Positions 10,735-24,170 of a stretch of 64,000 bases of DNA are shown in pieces. Made by a program: the position numbers and the translations under genes. Below the pieces are notes generated by a model. The model was given only the letters and a program-made list of their open reading frames with translations, made no database searches and was not told the DNA's origin. Position 1 is the stretch's first letter. Every line of letters begins with the position of its first letter. The stretch is from Malacoraja senta (taxonomy: Eukaryota), in contig CM075996.1 in assembly GCA_038087875.1 (NCBI GenBank), forward strand, positions 8,930,001-8,994,000. Reading direction: 5' to 3'.

Positions 10735-13700
10735 CTGCAAAAATGAAGATTACTTATAAGGCTATTGAACGCTCATTCACGGACCCTGAAATGGCTTTTA
10801 AGTACGCACAAGATATCGTAAAGAAAACAGTGGATGAAGATGACGACGAGGATGAAGATTAAACTTTTTAATACAAGATTTTGCTCTAATTAAGATGGCG
10901 GAACTTTTCCAGACAGTTACCAGACATGCTTATCTGTCTGGAATGTGTTTTCGAGCGTACAGTCCATGTTTCACCTTGTATGGAAAACTTAAAGATAAAC
11001 AAAGGGACGTTGAAGATACAGAATTAATGAGGGAATTAATGAGGGACATGGAATGAGACATAACGGACTGGAATGTAAAAATCTGTTGATTTAAGAAAAT
11101 CTTTAATTACTATTTTTTAATAATAAATAATCAATTAATCTAACAAACTTAATAATACTAATTATCTGTTAATGTAAGCTGCAAATATGAATAAACCATG
11201 GAGCAGGGAAGGAGATAAGAGGAGTGTATATAAAATTGATTAAATAAATTTAAACTAGTTTAAGGGAAATGAACTAATATTGATGATATTATACTAATAT
11301 ACAGTAATTAACTAAAATGTTCATAATAATACTAACAAACTAATACTGTGTGTGAAGGAGGCAGGAGCATCATACACTTGGAAAAGATCCAGATGCGTGG
11401 CTTTGTTTAACCCCTTGGAACCTGCTTGTATTAAAGATAAAGAATGGGATATAATGTAATAATTTTGGGTGGATATATATGGTAACGTTTAGAATAGATT
11501 AATGTTAGATGAATTGGAAAGGCATATATACTTATAGAACTGAACATACGTTGTGTTTTATTTTTTACCTCTCTGAATTTTTTCTGTTTTTATTTGCTCT
11601 GGTTTGATAAATTTATTTAAAAAAATATATATATGAAACGGTCCGCAGCCTTTCACGAGACTCTGTTAAGGGGACGGAGCTCAATGTACAACAACATTAA
11701 CAGAAGTCCATACATTTTTCGCCACCTTAGGTGGCTTCTCGTTTTTAAGATATCTTCTCTTAGATACCTTAACAGCACTTTTTTTTTAATCACTATCAAA
11801 ATTCTTATTTGTTTAATTTTTTTTAAATTAATTTCACAACACATTCTTTCTTTTTTTTCTTATTAAGGTATCATAGAGGAAGGAGATGTAACATAAATTT
11901 AAAAGTTCGGGACGACAACCCAACACCCAGAGTTCTGAGGTATTTGGTTGCACCATATGAGTCAAAAACACTAAACTGATATATGATGCAAGACGATAGA
12001 CAAATAAAGAATGGAGGAATTACATTCTGCAGTTGGAATATAAGGGGTGCCAATGAACCAATTAAGAGGGGTAAAATGTTTGCCCAATTAAAATCATTAA
12101 ATTCTGGCATAATGTTTTTGCAGGAAACACACATGAAACAACAAACACAGATGAGATTGAAGGCAAACTGGATAGGTCAAACATATTCTTCTTCTTTTAC
12201 TTCTAAATCTAGAGGTACGGCTATTATTATTCGGAAAGGTATACCATTTAAATTAAAGAATACTATTTCAGATAAAGAGGGAAGGTATATTATAGTTTCG
12301 GGAGAAATTTATTCAACCCCACTGACTATGATAAATATTTACGCTCCGAATTTTGACAACCCCCAATTTTTTAATAAAGTTATAGATATAATATCAGAGT
12401 TTAATTTACCAAAATGTAATAATAGGGGGGGACTTCAATTGCTTTTTAGATCCTTTTTTAGACAAATCAGTAAAACAAAGGAAGGGTAATTTAAAATCTA
12501 AGACTAGTGAACTTCTAAATACATATATAAAAAATACTAATATAACAGATGTATGGAGAACTGCTAATCCAACTGGAAGGGAATATTCGTTTTACTCATC
12601 GGTACATAAAACTTATTCATGAATTGATTATTTTTTAGTGGATACAAAATTAATTCCATATACAATTAATCCTTCATACCACACCAGTATTATTTCCGAT
12701 CATTCTCCGTTGACCTTTCTATTAAAATTTAAGGGAATGCCGGGTAAAAAATCTTTCTGGAGGTTTAACACACAAATCCTAAACAACCCACAAGGTTATA
12801 AATATTTAAAACAACAAATGAAAATTTTTTTTGAGACAAATGAAACACCAGGTATTTCACCTTCTTTATTATGGGAAACTTTCAAGGCATTTATCAGAGG
12901 AGTTATAATCTCATATCAAATTTTTCAAAATAAAAAGAATAAGACAGAACAACTGATGCTAGAACAAGAAATTAGACAATTAGAGTTAGATAATGCCAAA
13001 GATCCAACTACAGGTAAACATAATAAGATAATACTATTGAAATTTAAACTTAATCGAATTTTATCGGCAAGAGTAATAAGATTATTCCAAATTACAAAAC
13101 AGGAACATTTCGAATTTGGTGACAAGCCACATAAACTCTTAGCTCATCAATTGAAAAAACAAGAAAAGGAAAATACTATCACTAAAATTAAATCAGAGAA
13201 AGGTGAATTACTAACATTACCTAAGGATATTAACAATAGATTTGCTCAATTTTATCAAAATTTATATACATCTAAAACTAAAATAGAAGATAGTAAAATT
13301 ATAATTTTTTTAGATAACTGTAATTTCCAAAACTTGACCTTTCGGAACAAGAGGAATTAGGAGCTCAGATTACACTTGAAGAAATAGGAGAAACAATAAA
13401 ATTGTTGAAAAATGGTAAAACGCCTGGACCAGATGGTTTTAGTAACGAATTTTATAAAAGATTTCACGAGATAACGGCTCCACATTTACTTAATTTATAT
13501 ACTCACGCCTTTAAAGAAAATAAACTACCAGAAACATTAGCTGAATCAACTATTACGCTTATACCAAAAAAAGATAAAGATTTAGATGAACCGGGCTCAT
13601 ATAGAGCTATATCACTTTTAAATACAGATCAGAAAATTTTAGCAAAGACCTTAGCAAGAAGATCGAGTAAATACATTAGTAAATTGATAAATCCTGATCA

Positions 13701-16069
13701 AACGGGGTTTATACCCAAAAGACATTCATTTAATAATTTGAGACGCCTGTTTAATATAATGTACTCACATAAAACGGAGGAAGAAGATATATCAATTGTT
13801 TCTCTGGATGCAGAGAAAGCATTTGATCAGGTACAGTGGCAGTATTTATATAAAGTACTGCAAAAAATTTATATGGGAGAGAATTTTACTGTATGGGTAA
13901 AATTATTATATGATAAACCGACGGCAAGAATATTAACCAATAATATGTTATCTCCAAAATTTCAATTATCGAGGGGCAATAGGCAGGGATGTGCTTTATC
14001 ACCTCTGCTATTTGCCCTTATGATAGAGCCCCTGGCTGAAAGTATAAGAATTTATCCGAATATTCAGGGATATAATACTAGGGACTCAAATAATAAAATT
14101 TCATTATATGCAGACGATATACTTTTATACATTACAAATTCACAAACGAGCATACCAAACTTATTAAATTTAATAGAGGAATTCGGTTCTTTTTCTGGAT
14201 ATAGAATAAATTGGAATAAAAGTGAAATCATGACGTTAAAACCTCAAGAATCTACACACCTATTAAAATTCCCCTTTAAAATTGCAACAGAAAAATTTAA
14301 GTATTTGGGTATTCAAATTACTAGAAAATACAAAGCATTATTTAATGCTAATTTTATGCCTTTATTAAATAATCTCAACGCATTGATTAAATTCTGGAAA
14401 ACACTTCCGTTATCATTAATAGGCAGAATAAACTCTATAAAAATGATTTTTGTACCACAAATATTATACCTATTTCAATCTATACCATTATATATACCAA
14501 AAAACGTTTTAAAAAGACTCTAATATTACCAATTTTATTTGGGACTATAGATCACACAGAATTCAAAGAAAACACTTGTGCAAACCAAAAGACGTTGGGG
14601 GACTTTCACTTCCGAACTTTTTGTATTATTGGGCAGTGCATATTAAGAATATAATTTATTGGTTGGACAGTTCTACCCTACTGACAGAATGGATAAGAAT
14701 GGAGAAAGAGGATTGTTCTCCTTGTAACATAGGAGCTGAACTGAACAACACAATATATAATAACCCAATTATACATGATACAATAAGAATTTGGAAACAA
14801 ATAAAATTATCTTTAAAATTAAGAAATCTATCATTGTTAATGCCAATAGTGAATAATCCTTCATTTAAACCATCTCTTATTGATAAAACATATAATCAAT
14901 GGGAAAGAATGGGAATTAAAAGGATCGGTGATATGTATGAAATGGGAAATTTGTTATCATTCCAACAATTACAATTAAAATTTAAACTGAAAAATAACCA
15001 ATATTTTAAATATCTTCAGATCTGCGACTTCATGAAGAAATACATATAAAGTTATCAAAACATAACTTTAGACCTACTGGAGAAGCAATGAATATTAAGG
15101 CTGACTCACAGAAATTAATATCATATTTATATAATAGTATTTTAAATATAGAACTACCATCGACAGAGGCACTTAGAGAAGAGTGGGAACGAGAATTAAT
15201 GATAAAAACCACGAAGGAAACATGGGAAAAGTATTTGATATACATACACAAATATTCGATTAATGTAAGACATAACTTAATTCAATTAAAAATTTTACAT
15301 AGATTATATTATTCACAAACTAGATTGAATAAATTCTATCCAAATACTTCCCCCATTTGTGATAAATGTCTATCCCAAAATGCAACTATAACACACTCTT
15401 TTGTTTCCTGCATAAAATTTTATAAATTCTGGAGTGATATTTTTGAAATATTTACAAAATTATTCAAGATAAAAATGGAACCTAATACTGAAATGATTAT
15501 ATTTGGAGTAATGGAAGATGGGAACAAATTGAACTCATCTCAAAATTTATTTTTTAATTATGGGTTAATAACGGCAAAAAAACTTATACTTACACCCATA
15601 CCAACGCTTAAAATGTGGATTTCAAACATGTTGGACACCGCACATCTTGAGGAAATGCGATTCCTCCTAATAGACAAATCAGACCAATTCTTAACGAGTT
15701 GGTCTCCATTTGTCGATTTTTTGGAAGCATATGGTGCAACAAAATCGTAGAAGCTAACTGTTTCAGGACTGGGTGAGGGATGGTCAAGAATATAGATAAC
15801 GATCTCCTTAATCTCTTACTTTCTACTCTTTCTCTTTCTATCTTTTTTTCTTCATTTTTCTTCTTTCACCCATTTTTCCTTTTCACACACTATATATAAC
15901 ACGTTTTTCTAGCTTTTATCATCTATTCTCTCTTTTCCTTTTCATTATTAAAAAAAAAAATAAGAAGCTGTACATAAAATGTAACATGTCAATATATATT
16001 AGGCACCTTGGTGCCATATTCCTGTACTTACTTCTAATAAAATAAAATAATTAAAAATATATATATTAT
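10735..16069 (+). mobile_element. 5'-truncated L1-clade LINE
   Basis: ORF1 C-terminus (YPAKMKITY...F.DP, stop at about 10862), about 1.1 kb inter-ORF spacer, ORF2, pyrimidine-rich 3'UTR, AATAAA/A-rich tail. TSD aataatcatatc at 10723-10734 and 16070-16081. Confidence 0.93.
11983..15750 (+). pseudogene. L1 ORF2 (APE endonuclease, reverse transcriptase, CCHC knuckle), disrupted
   Basis: SWNIRG, FLQETH, NIYAPN, SDHSP; PGPDGF, LDAEKAFD, RQGCALSP, YADD; CDKC...H...C. Split into five ORFs by frameshifts and stops. Confidence 0.93.
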
Positions 16070-16352
16070 AATAATCATATCGAAGGTAGACACAAAGCTG
16101 GAGTAACTCAGCGGGACAGGTGGCATCTCTGGAGAGGAGGGATGGGTGACCTTTTCGGGCCGAGGCCCTTCTTCATACGCTGGGTTGTAAGCTGCCTAAG
16201 CGAAGTGTGAGTTTGGAATTAATCATTCTCTCATTGGTGGCCATGCCTTCACTGTGAGGTCCCCAAGGTCTGAAGACTCTTCCTTCAATCTCTCAGTGTT
16301 TGCTTCCTCCTTTGAAATATCCTTAAAATCTACCTACAACCATTCAGCACAA

Positions 16353-17097
16353 TCTATTTTACTAAAACTCTCATCTTGTTTATTTCTATGTGTGTGTGTG
16401 TGCCTGTCTGTGATCTCTGATTCGGTGATGTCGTCAAATTACGGCAAAACGGTACACGATAGCGCTACAATTTTTGGACCACCTTACTCACAATTGTCAT
16501 GTGGTGGTTTGTATCAAGTTTCGTTCAGATTGATGCTATAATTCACGTTATTCACATTTTTTTATTTACAAAACCCCAATTTGAGAAAAAATGTCTTTCC
16601 TCGGCCCTGGCACTTACAGCTATGGGATTGCTCGCTGCAATGTTGCTATCCCAGGACACGGAGTCCTGCCAGCCACAGCAAGTGCAACTGCAAGCTACAA
16701 TGTTGCAATCCCTTTATTTAAATATTCCTGGCAGCAAGGATTTTTTTCAAAGTTTAATGAGGGAGGGTGAATAAGGGGCAACTGCGCAGTTGGGGGCTAT
16801 GGGTGAGTGGTGGAATATTGCGTTGGGGAAACGGCTTGCGTTGCGGGGAATGGGTGGAATATTGCGTTGGTGAACGGGTTTCGTTGGGGGACCAGACCTC
16901 CCATAGGGGCTACGGGTGAGTGGTGGAATATTGCGTTGGGGGAAACAGCTTGTGTTGCGGGGAATGGGTGGAATATTGCGTTGGGGAACAGTTTGCGTTG
17001 GGGGACCAGACCTCCCATAGTGGCTATGGGTGAGTGGTGGAATATTGCGTTGGGAGACCAGGCCTCCCGTGTGACAGGGACCCCCCCGTTGGTTTAG
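16353..17097 (+). mobile_element. Probable non-autonomous Helitron with an internal minisatellite
   Basis: A|TCTATTTTACTAAAA 5' end, degenerate ...GTTTAG|T (CTAG-like) 3' end, A/T insertion site, no TSD. The 3' hairpin is degraded. Confidence 0.5.
16793..17070 (+). repeat. About 116-bp tandem repeat (about 2.4 copies) with internal ggtggaatattgcgttgg subrepeats
   Basis: Direct repeats read from the sequence. Confidence 0.85.
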
Positions 17098-17931
17098 TAT
17101 GTAATAAAAATGAACTGCAGGTACTGGCTTATAGCAAAGATAGACACAAAATGCTGGAGTAACTCAGCAGGTCAGGCAGCATCAATGGAGAAAATGGATA
17201 GGTGGCATTTTGGGTCAGATCTGAAGAAGAGTCCCAACCAGAAATGTGGTCTATGCATTTTCACTGGAGATGCTGCCTGACCTAATGAGTTACTCCAGCA
17301 TTTTGTTTCCACCATACTGAACAATCCTGGGCACCAACTTTGAGAAGGATGGTAGGCTTTGTAGAGAGAACACTGGAAACTCACTGCGGATGAAAGAGGT
17401 GGCGGTGATCTCCTTAGAGAATTAAACTTTACTGGGAGATTCAGTGGTGACTTTCACAACCATTAATGGTCTGATAGATAAAATGTTAGTGTTAATAACT
17501 AGAGAAAACACATTTTAAGGCTATCATTTTATTTAAACACCGACCCCATGTGCTTTTTTTGCTTGTACGTCAGTCTGAAGAAAGGTCTTGATCCAAAACG
17601 TCACCCGTTCCTTCTATACTTCCTGTCCCGCTGAGTTAATCCAGCATTTTGTGTCTAACCAGCATCTGTAGTTCCTTCCTATACATTTGTTGCTGGGTTC
17701 CAATGTTCCCACACCTCACTGCTGTTTAAATCCTTGGCTGCATCTTTCAGCCTCCACACCACCGCTCCAATGTTAATCAGTCCAATCGACCAGTCCCTGA
17801 TGAAATCTTACTACCTGATGACCAGTTATTACCTGGTACCTCTCCCTTTACGCTCTTTGTTTCTCTGTGCCAGCACTCGAACTCTGCACTTGAGTCAATT
17901 CTTCAATTTTTAGTCAGTGCTATTGAAAGAT

Positions 17932-18429
17932 CTTACCGTTGGATTACAACCTTGTCGTGGTCGGGGAGCTTGCGTGTCTCAGTGACCCCTAGAGCTTTGC
18001 CAGCGGGAGATTCGTCTCCTGTTAGGGTCTCCCATGCTCGACAGGTGGAAGGGTAGAGGCGAGACGAAGAGCGATCCACTGGTCCTCCAGGTTGGGGGTT
18101 GAGCACAGGGCTAACAACCCTGTCTCATAAAACAAATATGTTACGGAAACAGCAACTGAAGGAATCAACACTACTGGGCGTGATGGACTTCCAGGGCTAT
18201 CGACAGATGCTAGGATGAAGAGAACCAGACAGCATTCCAAGAATAGCCCTGCACTGGACACCAGAAGGGAAAAGGAAAAGAGGGAGACCCAAAACCACCT
18301 GGTGTCGAACTGTAGAGGAGAAAATGAAAACACTGGACCTGACCTGGGGTAGTGTCCAGAAGCTAGCCCAGAACAGACAGGAGTGGAGGACCTTCGTTGT
18401 TGCCCTACATGCCAGGAGGCATAATAGGC

Positions 18430-18471
<42 letters not shown>

Positions 18472-18474
18472 AAA
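17932..18474 (+). mobile_element. Bipartite non-autonomous RTE-clade element
   Basis: RTE-type 5' end fused to the C-terminal WTPEGKRKRGRPKTTW...AQNRQEWR and a (GTAA)n tail. TSD gctattgaaagat. Confidence 0.82.
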
Positions 18475-19991
18475 GCTATTGAAAGATACAGGAAAGAAAC
18501 AGGCCCTTCGGCCAACCTGGCCAGTGCTGACCACCAATCATCCCAATACATTCGCCCTGTTAGTCTCAGTCTTATTCTCCCCATATTTAAAACACATTTA
18601 AATGTAAGAAAAAAGACAGGTGTCAGAGGTTATGGGGAGAAGGCAGGAGAATGGGGTTAGGAGGGAGAGATAGATCAGCCATGATTGAATGGCGGAGTAG
18701 ACTTGATGGGCCGAATGGCCTAATTTTACTCCAATTCCTTATGACCTTATGACATTTGGACAGGTGCATGGACAGGAAATGTTTAGACAAGATTCAAGAG
18801 ACATTTATTGTCACATGCACCTATTGGTAGTGAAATTTGGGGTCACCATACAGCCATACGAATACAAAAAAGAACAGAACACGATAGTCTTTAACATAAA
18901 CATCCCCCACACAGCGGAATCAAAGTTTCCCACTGTGAGGGAAGGCACCAAAGTTCAGTCATCCTCCTCTTTGATGTTCTTTGATGTTCACCCGTGGTCG
19001 GGGACTCCCGATGCCCCCTGCAGTTGCCGCTACGGGCGGTCCGATGTTCAGGCCCTCTCGCCGGGATGATGGAACTCCGACGTCGGAACGGGAGAACATC
19101 CTCAGCAGCTTGGAGGGATATGGGCCAAATGCAGGTAGGAGGGACAAGTGTAGATGGGGCATGTTGGTTGGCATGGGCAAGCATGTTTCTGTGCTGTGTG
19201 ACCCTATGACTCTATATTCGCATCTACTGACCCTGGCTTCCACTACTCACCTGCGCACGACTGGTGAATTTACAGTGGTCAAAGACCCCACCGACCTACA
19301 CATCTTCGCGATGTGAGAGGAAACGGGAGAACTTGGCGGAAACCCACACGGTCACTGGGAGTGCGTGCAAACTCCACACAGACAGGATCCAGGGTGAGGA
19401 TCGAACCCGCATACCTGGTGCTGTGAGGCAGCAGTTTTACTAACAACCACTGTCGGCCCCGTGGACAGAATTATAGAGTCATAGAGCACGGAAACTGGCC
19501 CTTCAGCCCAACTCATCCATGTCGACCATGATGCCTCATCTAAGCCAGTCCAATTTACCTGGGTTTCGCCTACAGAAGTCCCTCTAAATCTTTTTTATCT
19601 ACAGTATGCACCTATCCAAGTGTCTTTTTAGTGTTGTTATAGAACCTGCCTCAACTACCCCCTCTGGCAGCTCGTTCCATATACCCACCACCCTCTGTGT
19701 GGAAAGGTTGCCCTTCAGGTTCCTATTAGATTTTTCCCCACTCACCTTAAACCTATCTCCTCTAGTTCTTGATTCTCAAACCCTGTGTGAAAGAATGTGC
19801 ATTCACCCTGTCTATTCTACCTTCTCTCCTCAAGTGGTGGCAGAGCCTTCATGTCTGTGCTCTTACTAAACCCCGCCACTTTGTGCCAGTTCTCGCCTTA
19901 TAATAAACCTTGGCCCTCATCAGTCAGAGTATTGAGTAGAGAGGTTGGGAGGCCATGTTGTAGTTGTATAAGACGTTGATGAGTACATTTA

Positions 19992-20629
19992 AGGCCCTGT
20001 CCCACTTACTTGTCCTTGGCACTCACATTACGCGACCTCGTCGTCGCGTTGAGGCGCACGGGCAGCGTGTAGCCGCGCGGGGCCGGTCCCACTGAGAAGT
20101 GCGGAGTTGTGCGCGGTATCGCGCGCCACTGGCCTGTCGCGTAACTGACGGCCAAAGTGGGACAGGCCCAAGACCCTGGCGCGACGCAACGTCTCACCTC
20201 CAACAGCAGCAGAAGCAGGCAAACGATCGCCGAGCTCGGCCTGGGGCTCACGGCCGTTGCGGTCCGGATCCGCCCCCACTTCTACTCCCAGAGCGGGGCC
20301 AAGAAAATTGAAGATGGACACAAAATGCAGGAGTAACTCAGCGGGACCGGCAGCATCTCTGGAGAGAAGGAATGGATGACGTTTCGGGTCAAGACCCTTC
20401 TTTCAGACTGAAGAAGGGTCTCGACCCGAAACATCACCCATTGCTTCTCTCCAGAGATGCTGCCGGTCCCGCTGAGTTACTCCAGCATTTTGTGTCCATC
20501 TTTAAATGACATCACGCGCTCCAGACGGCTGTGCGTATGCATAAAGTCGCGCACGGGACCGTCGCGCCTCAACACAAACACGAGATTGCGTAATTAGCGT
20601 GCCAAGGACACGTAAGTGGGACAGGGGCT
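19992..20629. mobile_element. PIF/Harbinger-type MITE (compound; holds a third TIR copy and a nested Penelope-derived palindrome)
   Basis: TIR aggccctgtcccacttac / gtaagtgggacaggggct with TTA TSD; interrupts a CR1. Confidence 0.8.
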
Positions 20630-21283
20630 TTAGAGTATTGTGTTCAGTTCTGGGCACCATGTTATAGGAAAGATATTGTCAAGTTAGAAAGGGTACAGAG
20701 ATGATTTACGAGGATGTTGCCAGAACTCTAGGGTCTGAGCTATAGGGAGAGGTTGAGCAGGCTGGGACTTTATTCCTTGGAGCACAGGAGGATCTTATAG
20801 AGGTGTATAAAATCATGAGAGGAATAGATCGGGTAGACACACAGAGTGGGGAAAAATCGAGAACCAGAGAGCATAGGTTTAAGGTGAAGGGGGGAAATTT
20901 ATAGGAATCTGAGGGGTAACTTTTTCACTCAAAGGGTGGTGGGTGTATGGAACGAGCTGCCGGATGAGGTAGTTGAGGCAGGGACTATCGCAATGTTTAT
21001 GAAACAATTTGACAGGTACATGGATAGGACAGGTTTGGAGGGATAAGGGCCATATGCAGGCAGGTGGATTAGTGCCACCATTGTGATGTAGATGGGACAT
21101 GCTGGGTGGTGTGGGCCGAAGGACCTGTTTGCGCGCTGTAGGCCCCAATGACACTATGACTGTGACACAACCAGACTGATCAAGCCATTCTCTGGGTTCA
21201 GGCCCATGCAGACTGTGATGAACCGTGAACTGATCACAAGGGGCTGAATCACTGAGTGAGCCAACACTCTCACCTCCACTGAC

Positions 21284-21421
21284 CTGTTTCATCCCCTGAC
21301 CACGGGCCTTCAGAACGTTGTCCAGGATCAGGTCCAGTGCTGTCTCGTTGGGCAGAGGGGTGGGCTGCCATGGATTGAACCCTGGGTAACGTTGAAGCTC
21401 TACCAATTTTGGCTTATCAAC
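21284..21421 (-). CDS. FAM227A: FAM227A exon (VDKPKLVELQRYPGFNPWQPTPLPNETALDLILDNVLKARGQGMKQ)
   Basis: ctcactttag acceptor, CAG|gtcagt donor; 138 nt, phase 0/0. LVE...YP.F...P..LPN pattern of FAM227 proteins. Confidence 0.88.
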
Positions 21422-21798
21422 CTAAAGTGAGAGAGAAGCAACGGTAAGAGCAGACACAAAACAGTAGCTACCCCTGGTGAAACTCTAATTAGTAGTGGTC
21501 AATACAATCTGTGAAGATGTATTGAGGGAACAGTCAGTGATGGTGGGGAACGTTACCACAGGCAGAGGGAATGCCCACGGATTATGGGAGGGAATTATCA
21601 GATGGTAGGGGGAATATTTAGTGGGCATGAGGTGGTAATTATCAGAGGTTGCACGAAATGAGAGTGCAATCTAGAGAGATGTTGGTTTACAAAAAAAAAC
21701 ACCACAAAGTGTGGTGTGTCTCAGGGAATCAGTGCTGGGCCCCTTGCTGGTTGCGTTTTACATGGACAATTTTGATGAGAATGTGGAAGGCATGATTA

Positions 21799-22109
21799 AA
21801 GGCCCTGTCCCACTTTCCCAAGTTACTCACGAACTCTCCCGAGTTTCCCCCTTGATTCGAACTCGGAGAATTACGGTAATAGCCGTTCGTAGGTACTCGG
21901 GGCTATTTTTTTTAACTCGTGGACATTTTTCAACATGTTGAAAAAACGTCCCGACTTACCTGATGCCCCGAGTTCCTACGGCTGGCATTACGAGCCGCTA
22001 CGAAACATCTACGGACTCCTACGAGCTCGCTACCGACATTCCCCGAGTTCGAATCAAGGGGAAAACTCGGGAGAGTTCGTGAGTAACTTGGGAAAGTGGG
22101 ACAGGGCCT
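21799..22109. mobile_element. PIF/Harbinger-type MITE
   Basis: Long TIR ggccctgtcccactttcccaagttactcacgaactctcccgag with TTA TSD; interrupts CR1 RT sequence. Confidence 0.85.
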
Positions 22110-22959
22110 TTAGTAAGCTTCAGATTACACTAAAGTGGGTGATATCGTAGGCAGCCAAGATGATTATCAAAAAAATTACAGCAGGATCTTGATCAGTTTA
22201 GCAGGTGGCTGAGGAATGATTATTGCAGATAAATGCGGGGTGCTGTATTACGGGAAGTCAAACCAGGGAAGGTACGTCGTTCCTTGAAAGTGGCGTCACG
22301 GGTGGATGGGATGGTCAACTAGGCTTCAAGTGGGCCTTCATTGGTCGGGGTGTTGCATATAGTTGGGATGTTATGCTAAAGTTACATTGTTGAGGCCGCC
22401 TTTGGAGCGTTGTGTTCAAGTTTAGGTCACCCTGCTATAGGAAGCATGTCATTAAGCTGGATAGAGTGCAGAGGGGATTTGCGAAGGTGTTGCTGGGACT
22501 TGAGGGCCTGAGCTATAGGGAGAGGTTGGGTAAGCTAGGACTTGGGAGTGCAGGAGGATGAAGGGTGATCTTATAGAGGTGTATGGGACTGTGAGGATAA
22601 ATAGATGAGGTAAATGCACAGTCTTGTACCCAGAGTAGAGAAATCGAGAAATGGGAACAGAGGTTTAAGATCAGAGGGGGAAGATTTGATTGTAACTTGA
22701 GGGGCAAGCTTTCCGCGAGGGGGAGTGGTAGGTATATGGAGCGAACTGCCGGAGGAGATGGTTGAGCTCGGTATCATAACAACACGTAGGAGACATTTGG
22801 ATAGGTACATGGATGAGACAGGTTTCAGGGATATGGGCCAAACACGGGGATGTGGGACTAGAGTATATGGGGCTTCTTGGTTGGCATGGGCAAGTTGGAC
22901 AGTAGAGCCTGTTTCCGTGCTGTATGATTCTATGACTCTAAGTGCTGGAATAACTTAGC

Positions 22960-23470
22960 AAAATTAATATTGAAATTTTGGAAAAATACACCAATACCAA
23001 CGCTCAAAATGTGGATTGCAAGTATGTTGGATACCGCACATTTTGAGGAAATGCGATTCCTCCTAATAGATAAATTTGACCAATTCATAACGAGTTGGTC
23101 TCCATTTGTCGTCTTTTTGGAAACATATGGTGCAACACAATTGTAAAAGCTAATCCGTGACTGGGTGAGGAATGGTCAAGATTATAAATACGATCTCCTT
23201 ACTTATTTTTTCTTTTTCTTCTCTTTTCTTCTTTTACTCTTTTTCTTCTATTTTCTATTTCTTAACTTTCTTTTTTCACTCTCTATTTTTCTTTTTCACA
23301 CTATATAACTCACATTTTTCTATTCTTCATTATCTAACTTCTTTTTCTTTTTCCTCTTTATTACAAAATTAAAAAAATAAGAAGCTGTACATAAAATGTA
23401 TTATGAAAATATGATTGCATACAATTGTACTTACTTCTAATAAAAAAAATAATAATAATACATTTTAAAA
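22960..23470 (+). mobile_element. L1 3' fragment, same family as the 10.7-16.1 kb copy
   Basis: High similarity to 15590-16050. TSD aataacttagc at 22949-22959 and 23471-23481. Confidence 0.88.
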
Positions 23471-24117
23471 AATAACTTAGCGGTCGGTCAGGCAGTATCT
23501 CTGGAGAAAGGGAATAGGTGACGTTGCAGGTCGGGACCCTTCTTCAGACATTCTTGTGGTGGGGAAGAGATAGGTGGATACAAGTGAAGGAGATACAAGT
23601 GACTGCTTCCTGTAGCAAGGTGACCAAAATTGAACACAATACTCCGAATGCAGCCTCACCAATGTCCTGTGCAACTGTAACATAACGTCCCAACCCCTAC
23701 ATTCAAGGTTTTGATAAGTAGATGGTTGGACAAAGGCCAGAGATGAAGAGACAAACAGTGTTTGATGAGGATAGAAGAGGTGGAAATAGCGAAGCCAGAG
23801 GGAAGAGGGGATGGAGAATGGGGGAGAAATGGGTGCGAATCCGGGTGGCATACAGGGGAGAGATGGGGGGGGGGGGGGTAGTTAGAGGTTGGTGGGGCAT
23901 TGCTGGTAGCCAGATTTCATAAAGTCTGACAGGGGAGAAGGCAGGAACGGGATACTGATTGTGGATGATCAGCCATGATCACATTGAATGGCAGTGCTGG
24001 CTTGAATGGCCTACTCCTGCACCTATTGTCTATTGTCCTTATGTATACAACAGGACTGGTGGCCGGTTTGCTCTCAATGTTTTCAAATGTGTGTAAATGT
24101 GGTGAAAGTATACCAAC

Positions 24118-24170
24118 CTTGCTCTTTGGCCTGTTCTCTGTTTGAACTTCAAAAATATCCTGCATAATTT
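24118..24170 (-). CDS. FAM227A: FAM227A exon (K-IMQDIFEVQTENRPKSK)
   Basis: tatttcccag acceptor, AAG|gttggt donor; 53 nt, phase 1 to 0. It restores frame between the flanking exons, but the sequence itself is poorly conserved. Confidence 0.6.

Noticed and set aside
16793..17070. Repeat-spacer appearance reminiscent of CRISPR
   Set aside because: The spacers are themselves repeated, the context is eukaryotic and there are no cas genes; it is a minisatellite.
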